IMG/VR virus record: IMGVR_UViG_3300026302_000002
Coordinates: 1 to 43,373 of that record
Origin: a virus
DNA: 43,373 nucleotides
Strand: one strand, 5' to 3'
Positions 39,201 through 43,373 of the stretch are shown here, piece after piece. The position numbers were made by a program, and so were the translations under genes. The notes under the pieces are model-generated. The model saw only the letters and a program-made list of their open reading frames with translations. It was not told the origin of the DNA and did no database searches. Numbering within the stretch: the first letter of the stretch is position 1; the number at the start of each line of letters is the position of its first letter.

Positions 39201-40099
39201 ACGACGCTCCGATTCGTTCAACGCATTGGAGTGGGTATCGCTGGATCGTGACGGATGGAACGAACACGATAACGCGCGACGGACTTTCGGAAACAGAGAT
39301 TTTTGCAACAATCGGATGGGCACCCGACGTTGACGTGAGCGTGGCGCAAGTAAATGCCATCACTGGTGCGGGTCCATATATCTCCACGTTCGCAACCCAA
39401 GCCGTCCCGCCGTCGGTTGGCGGCTCTGTGATCGTTGCTAAAACCTCCAACTCTGGAATGCAGGGCGGCCCGACGCTAGGGTCAACTGATTTCGTCCCGT
39501 GGCCGGCCCCGATGGGGATTGAGAGTGGTGACGCGCTGTTGGCATACGTGTACGCCGGTAGCGCCATTACCGCACCTTCAGGATGGACGCTGATCGAGTC
39601 GGCCACCGCATCTACCGCGACGATCGCGGTGTATCGAAAAGACACGGTTACAACCGCCAATGCTGGCGAGGTGTTTCCGTGGTCCGTGGCAGACGGATTC
39701 TCGCTCAGACTCTTGCGCTACGCGCTCATTCGATCAAGCACTGGCATTGTGTCCATTGCTGCAAGTAACTCGGCTGTAACATCAAAAGTTGGCGCGACAT
39801 ACCCGCACACGGTGAGCATGGCCCCCGCGACGGCGGTCAATAACAACTCGGTGGCGATTGCCTTTGCAGGGACTCCGAGCATGACCCCTGTGTGGTGGGG
39901 CACAGGCCCAATGGTTTTGAGCGGTGAGGGCCCTGAACGGGGCACAGGTGAGAATTGCGCCTTCGGGATCGAGCGAGTTAACGCGAATCAGACCAGCGAT
40001 GCGTCGATCATTGCGCGTGCAATCGTCATCCCGCCACCTCCGCCCGTATCTGGCACGGCGTATTACGGCGCCGTAAACGTCATCCTGGAAGCAGGTTAA
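36218..40099 (+). CDS. Host-specificity / central tail fibre protein (RcGTA gp15 / lambda J-like), mosaic
   Basis: 1293 aa, GTG start, last large tail gene. Two internal segments have visibly lower GC. Confidence 0.8.
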   Translation: MARQVLPWVGAAVGFVASGGNPMGAQAGFAIGSLIGNAIDPVEMQGRKLGDSPTQTAAEGGARAIVFGKGCIRATVILERGGRRVVKQRDKSGGKGSGPTTVNERAFWTYAIGICEATPDGGLLRIWENEKLVYDVTPTSQIVEDSTEFAKLFRFYDGAEDQLPDPAIEAIYTDPTDAPYYRGTAYMVFPQRDLTDFGEAVPTYRVEVVSEVDVSIGDEVLADYVIPGTYSSAYIFPRADGDLGFLSATTPLESGDDYTVGRLDNALNVVSSSLIETDSTGAPGARDLWPRGINESGALVSADDIFGYCKLFSSGNFAGTYLPSDAGTLSWWYAENFYAPEYGGLVWFGDDAGGAGSWYLGVRRTSGSGGYTNRLIKFPISSGEDTPEQVLLTGVGTTTNPRFWMSRGRDGFIHIIEQDGTYRKFNSGLAEVDSRDLGITVSDLRGFGVDGAVIAMVYGRPANGRVVFHDISSGSVLRTIEDANLDGDEATRVVFTGDRCYIQCRAWVGAISYSPGFYRGTIPLSSIIAEIHQRSGHGPADYDVAELTEEVAGVVIESTVTGAEAINSIIGCHFADPSDYDGKIHYVKRGKPVVKTLTADDLIDEPETWQRNNAIEYPAKVHFFGQIAELAYASVKATSARYSADAKVVGEASVSSPETFNTSQRPYEIAAILHKIMWTEAGGEVTWRVTDQHLDLVPTDCVGLSWAGQLWRARITQIEADPGELKLKMMLDRQSAYTANLTAIPIPPAPTPPQTGIMSDTVLAVMDIPALVDAADDLHLVTAMSGETDAWAGAQLQRSLDAGASFGTVSSSSSSLNAIMGRLQSPVTAASPHYTDTTNAVEVVLFTDDDIESISEQAFLSEGGAFALSWDDGGTQRWELLQYRDAELIAPKTYRLTTLHRGQLNTEVAAHPTGATFVLLDGAVQRHPTQSAWIGTDLAHRAVSIGQTPDGADEQTLTYAGNSQREWAPAHVFMERPSPDAVTARVVPRHRFGTDDAPIRSTHWSGYRWIVTDGTNTITRDGLSETEIFATIGWAPDVDVSVAQVNAITGAGPYISTFATQAVPPSVGGSVIVAKTSNSGMQGGPTLGSTDFVPWPAPMGIESGDALLAYVYAGSAITAPSGWTLIESATASTATIAVYRKDTVTTANAGEVFPWSVADGFSLRLLRYALIRSSTGIVSIAASNSAVTSKVGATYPHTVSMAPATAVNNNSVAIAFAGTPSMTPVWWGTGPMVLSGEGPERGTGENCAFGIERVNANQTSDASIIARAIVIPPPPPVSGTAYYGAVNVILEAG

Positions 40100-40114
40100 T
40101 TCAAAGGACATTAC

Positions 40115-40876
40115 ATGAGTACACCCATCCTCCCGTTCGCCGTGTGGCAGTCGGGCACGAACCAGAACAGCATCCCGGCCAACGACAACTCGCTGCGCAA
40201 CCAGATATTGAACGGGATGGTTATCGGCGTGGAAGATGATGCGCCCGGCGGCGATGCAGACGGTGACATCTACATCGTCGGCGACACCCCGGCGGGGGCG
40301 TTTGCGGCCTTCGATGAGTTCGACATGGCGATCTACATGGGCGGGACGTGGTACGCCTTCGCGCCGGTTGCCGGAGTCGTGGTCAACGTGGCCGGCGCGC
40401 TTAAGGCGTGGGACGGCGCGGACTACGTGGACGTCGTAGGTGCAGGCGCTGTTGCAGCCGAGGATGTGACGTACAACAACGGCGCGTCAGGACTTTCCGC
40501 CACGGACGTGCAGGCAGCCATCGACGAGCTTGCGGCTTCTGCGCCCGCTGATCGATCCACCGTCTCCGGCCTGGCAACAAGCGGCTCCGTAGCAATCGAC
40601 TGCGCGCTGGGCGACTACTTCACGCTGGCGCTGGCCGGCAACGTGTCTGGGTTCACGTTCTCCAACCTCCCGCCAGCTGGCCACGGGGCCACGCTGATGA
40701 TACGCATCACGCAGGACAGCACGCCACGCACGGTGGCGTGGCCGGCGTCGTTCAAGTGGGCGGGAGGCTCGGCTGGCGCTGTGTCCACAGGCTCTGGCGC
40801 GGTGGACGTACTCGCCATGACAACCTTCGACAACGGCACCACTTGGGACGCCACGCTGGCGAAGGCGTTCGTATGA
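40115..40876 (+). CDS. DUF2793-like tail fibre-associated protein
   Basis: N-terminus LPFAVWQSGTNQNSIPANDNSLRNQIL...GDIYIVGD is as recalled for DUF2793 proteins next to GTA-like gp15. Confidence 0.6.
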   Translation: MSTPILPFAVWQSGTNQNSIPANDNSLRNQILNGMVIGVEDDAPGGDADGDIYIVGDTPAGAFAAFDEFDMAIYMGGTWYAFAPVAGVVVNVAGALKAWDGADYVDVVGAGAVAAEDVTYNNGASGLSATDVQAAIDELAASAPADRSTVSGLATSGSVAIDCALGDYFTLALAGNVSGFTFSNLPPAGHGATLMIRITQDSTPRTVAWPASFKWAGGSAGAVSTGSGAVDVLAMTTFDNGTTWDATLAKAFV

Positions 40877-41697
40877 GCACGCGCGGGCATCACGGACTGT
40901 TGTTGGGGACGGCAGGCGGCGGGAGTGCCGGAGCCCCGCCGAACACCTACGCAGGGCTGACATTCTGGTATGACGGCGACAACTCGGCACATTTCAGCGG
41001 GATCGATTCTTCAAGCGGATCGCCTGGAGCTAGTGACGACTTCCAGAGGTTCGACTCGGCGGCAGCTATCAGCCGAGTCCTGGTGGTCGGTGCCGGGACT
41101 GCACGTCTGAAAAGGCTTTCTCCTGTAGTTGGGTCGAGCGCGGGCTTCAGGACAGGTTCGGCAAGCGGTGGCAGTTTCTACGCCAAACCATCTGCTGGCG
41201 CTGGTCCTTCGGTTCCGGCGACGTTAGGAAACCTTTTCTCCGCGTCCAATAAGGCCGTTGTTTGTGCGATAAAGGTCAGATCCGCACCATCAGCCGCAGG
41301 GGCAGATTACAACAACCCGCTGATCATCGGTGACGCCTCCGTCTATACTGGCCTGCACGTCTATTCCAGCGGCGGGAAGGCAGTGTTCGTCGGCCTGAAC
41401 TATGACGGGAATTATGACAAGGTAACGAAGATCGGGCCTGAACTTGGAGGCTGGGCGGTCGTGACCATGAGGCACAGCGCTGGCCAGTTGAGGATCAGAG
41501 TTAATGGCGGAGCGTGGACATCGGTAGCAAGTGGTAACACCGCATCGACAGCAGATCCGATGACGATGTTTTATTACAGCACTTCATTTCTTGATGCAGA
41601 AATAGCGCAGTTCTGCACATACAATGCGTCGCGGTCAGACGCAGAGTTGCTGGAGGTGGAGAGGTACTTAGGCGCGAAGGTGGGCATCACTATTTAG
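40873..41697 (+). CDS. LamG/concanavalin-like lectin-fold protein, low GC
   Basis: ATGA coupling. GWAVVTMRHSAGQLRIRVNGGAWTSVASG is typical of Laminin_G_3-type jelly rolls. 60-nt lines here count about 45-48% GC. Confidence 0.55.
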   Translation: MSTRGHHGLLLGTAGGGSAGAPPNTYAGLTFWYDGDNSAHFSGIDSSSGSPGASDDFQRFDSAAAISRVLVVGAGTARLKRLSPVVGSSAGFRTGSASGGSFYAKPSAGAGPSVPATLGNLFSASNKAVVCAIKVRSAPSAAGADYNNPLIIGDASVYTGLHVYSSGGKAVFVGLNYDGNYDKVTKIGPELGGWAVVTMRHSAGQLRIRVNGGAWTSVASGNTASTADPMTMFYYSTSFLDAEIAQFCTYNASRSDAELLEVERYLGAKVGITI

Positions 41698-41812
41698 GGC
41701 TTTTCCTACACCCCTCCGCGCCATTCCCCGATACCGCCGGCCCGCCCACTGCGCGATCCTGCCCATACCCACCCGGCACCGGCCGATGGCCCAGGTAGTG
41801 CACCCGGGTGGG

Positions 41813-42964
41813 CTACAGCCGGCCGGCCAGGTAGCCAGCCCAGTCGCCCATGAGCGCCCGGCGCTTGTCCAGTAGGTCACCTCGCCGGTAGGCCGCCTCG
41901 GCCCGGTTGCGGATCGCGTGGGCCAGGGCCATCTCCACCACCTCCCCGGCATGGTCCGTTGTTTCTGCGGCCCAGTCGCGGAAGCTGCTGCGGAACCCGT
42001 GGACGGTGTAGGGGTGGCCAAGCCCCTTTGGCGGCTGGCGTTGCAGCAGGTAGAGCATCGCGTTCTCCGTGAGCCGGAAGGGCGGCTGATCCCGCGGCAG
42101 TGGCCGCAGGATCGCCACGGCGGCCTCTGACAGCGGCACGACATGGGGACGCCCGCCCTTCATCCGCCCGGCAGGGATCGACCACAGCGCGGCTTCAAGA
42201 TCGAACTCGGCCCACTGCGCCCCGGTGACCTCGGCCGTCCGTGCGGCGGTCAGGATGGCGAACCGCAGCGCCCGGCGGGTGCGTCCGTCCCGATCGGCCA
42301 GGCGGGCCATGAGCGCGGGGACGGCGGCGTAGGGCATGGCCGCGTGGTGGTCGGGCCTGGACACCTTCGACGGCTTGGGCAGCAGGTGATCCAGGTGGCC
42401 GCGCCAGCGTGCCGGGTTGTCGCCGGCCCGTAGCCCGTGGACCCGCGCCCAGTCCAGCACCCGCTCGATTCGCGCCCGAACCCGGCTGGCCGTCTCCGTC
42501 TTGGTGGCCCAGATCGGCCGCAGGCAGGCCATTACCGCGATGGTGTCCACGCCGGCCACCGGCATCGCCCTGTCCGGGCCGTAGTCCCGCAGCGACTGCG
42601 CCCATTGGTCGGCCTGTGCGCCGTTCTTCCAGCCCGGCCGCAGGCTTTCGATCAGCGCGTCTGCGCACTCCCCGAACGTGGCCCCTGCCGCCTGTGCGGC
42701 CCTGCGCGCCGCGATGGGATCATCCCCGCCCGCCAGTACCCGCCGCTGGGCGAGCGCCGCGCCTCGGGCATCCTGGAGCGTCACGACGGCCGCCGACCCA
42801 AGCCCCATTTCCCGGCGCGTCCCGCGAAGCTGGTAGCGCAGTACCCATGACTTCGAACCGGTAGGTCCGACCAGCAGGTACAGGCCGCCGCCGTCTGCGT
42901 GATAGCCTGCTGCCGTCGCCGCTTGGACTGCCCGCGCCGATAGCCGATTGATCGGCCGTGCCAT
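41813..42964 (-). CDS. int: Tyrosine integrase, P4-type (DUF4102 arm-binding domain plus catalytic domain)
   Basis: MARPINRLSARAV...GGGLYLLVGPTGSKSWVLRY, then catalytic R (LTAARTAEV), HGFRSSFRDW, and AYRRGD. The track ORF extends to 43156, but that N-terminal extension looks non-coding. Confidence 0.9.
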   Translation of the reverse strand: MARPINRLSARAVQAATAAGYHADGGGLYLLVGPTGSKSWVLRYQLRGTRREMGLGSAAVVTLQDARGAALAQRRVLAGGDDPIAARRAAQAAGATFGECADALIESLRPGWKNGAQADQWAQSLRDYGPDRAMPVAGVDTIAVMACLRPIWATKTETASRVRARIERVLDWARVHGLRAGDNPARWRGHLDHLLPKPSKVSRPDHHAAMPYAAVPALMARLADRDGRTRRALRFAILTAARTAEVTGAQWAEFDLEAALWSIPAGRMKGGRPHVVPLSEAAVAILRPLPRDQPPFRLTENAMLYLLQRQPPKGLGHPYTVHGFRSSFRDWAAETTDHAGEVVEMALAHAIRNRAEAAYRRGDLLDKRRALMGDWAGYLAGRL

Positions 42965-43054
42965 GCCCCACCATCCGCCCCATGCTTGGGGATGCGATTC
43001 AGAGACCGGGAATGATACGGGTGTGGAGTCGCACCCGCTGATCCTGCTGGATTT

Positions 43055-43083
43055 TGCGACGGCGTGCGACGGCGTGCGACGGG
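43055..43083. repeat. Tandem decamer TGCGACGGCG x2.9 in the xis-int intergenic region
   Basis: tgcgacggcg tgcgacggcg tgcgacggg, read directly. Confidence 0.8.
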
Positions 43084-43180
43084 AGAAACGGCCTCTCACT
43101 CCGCCAGATTGGCGGCGAAACGTAGGCGGGGCAAGGGTTTCAGGCCGATCAACCAACCCGCCCCATGCTTCGCCCCATGT

Positions 43181-43372
43181 TCAGGCCGCCCGCCGGGTTT
43201 GCGCCTCGATCCACGCCCCCACCTCATCGGACCGCCACAGGGACCGCCCCTGCACCCGGTACTGCGCCGGGAACGTGCCGGCGGCCACCATCCGGTAGAC
43301 CGTGGCCGCGCTCAACCCGACCCTGGCGCACACCTCGCGCAGGGGCAGCAGGGAAAGATCAGCGCCCATCAT
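43181..43372 (-). CDS. alpA: AlpA-family excisionase / transcriptional regulator
   Basis: LLPLREVCARVGLSAATVYRMVAAGTFPAQYRVQGRSLWRSDEVGAWI is typical of PF05930. It lies just upstream of int. Confidence 0.85.
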   Translation of the reverse strand: MMGADLSLLPLREVCARVGLSAATVYRMVAAGTFPAQYRVQGRSLWRSDEVGAWIEAQTRRAA

Positions 43373-43373
43373 C
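43247..43373. repeat. Terminal direct repeat copy 2 (identical to 1..127)
   Basis: Direct comparison of both ends of the window. Confidence 0.9.

Noticed and set aside
36218-41697. Diversity-generating retroelement acting on the tail fibre genes
   Set aside because: No reverse transcriptase gene is present in the genome. I found no template/variable repeat pair by eye.
41698-41812. tRNA 3'-end fragment marking attP next to the P4-type integrase
   Set aside because: The segment contains ...CCCTCCGCGCCA..., but no T-arm (GTTCRANNC) or other convincing tRNA-like structure. I cannot call the crossover core from sequence alone.
43055-43083. Tandem decamer as a CRISPR-like or iteron origin element
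   Set aside because: There are only 2.9 copies and no spacers. It lies in the xis-int regulatory gap. The far better origin candidate is at 11381-11486.

Overview
The window is one complete, circularly closed genome of a high-GC temperate siphovirus. Bases 1-127 are identical to 43247-43373, so the unique length is about 43,246 bp. The overlap falls inside an AlpA/Xis-like gene, so this is a circular-assembly overlap, not a pair of att sites.

Layout:
- **Early-left operon (minus strand, about 8476 down to 113, then across the junction to 43372..41813).** It holds small unknown genes, a Gly-Asp/Gly-Tyr repeat protein, a KTSC protein, RecT, an HNH-AP2 endonuclease, a long YqaJ-type exonuclease, an HNH/methylase-remnant fusion, a membrane protein, AlpA/Xis and a P4-type tyrosine integrase.
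- **Immunity region (8534-10231).** A CI-like repressor is followed by two co-transcribed unknown genes. Cro is divergent. Five TAGG-N4-CCTA operator sites sit in lambda-like OL (2 sites) and OR (3 sites) arrangements.
- **Early-right operon (plus strand, 10491-17437).** It encodes a CII-like regulator, an O-like initiator with an internal iteron origin, DnaB, a C5-methyltransferase, a Ref-like nuclease, RuvC, an HNH endonuclease and a Q-like antiterminator.
- **Late leader (17438-17961).** This structured region has two aberrant tRNA-like genes, one strong promoter and three intrinsic terminators.
- **Late operon (17962-41697).** It runs through a pinholin/SAR-endolysin/Rz/Rz1 lysis cassette, HNH plus TerS/TerL, an HK97-type protease, capsid and portal, a collagen-like protein and head-tail joining genes. 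It ends with tail tube, G/G-T chaperones, tape measure, an RcGTA-like tail tip (DUF2460/DUF2163/NlpC-P60/host-specificity) and two low-GC fibre-like genes.

The strongest candidate for something new is a three-gene glycan-modification island (27937-29935). It encodes a DUF115/Maf-like protein, a CmcI-like SAM methyltransferase and a KpsC/S-like transferase, and it is inserted in the head-tail joining module.

All family assignments come from motif recognition by eye. No database search was possible.
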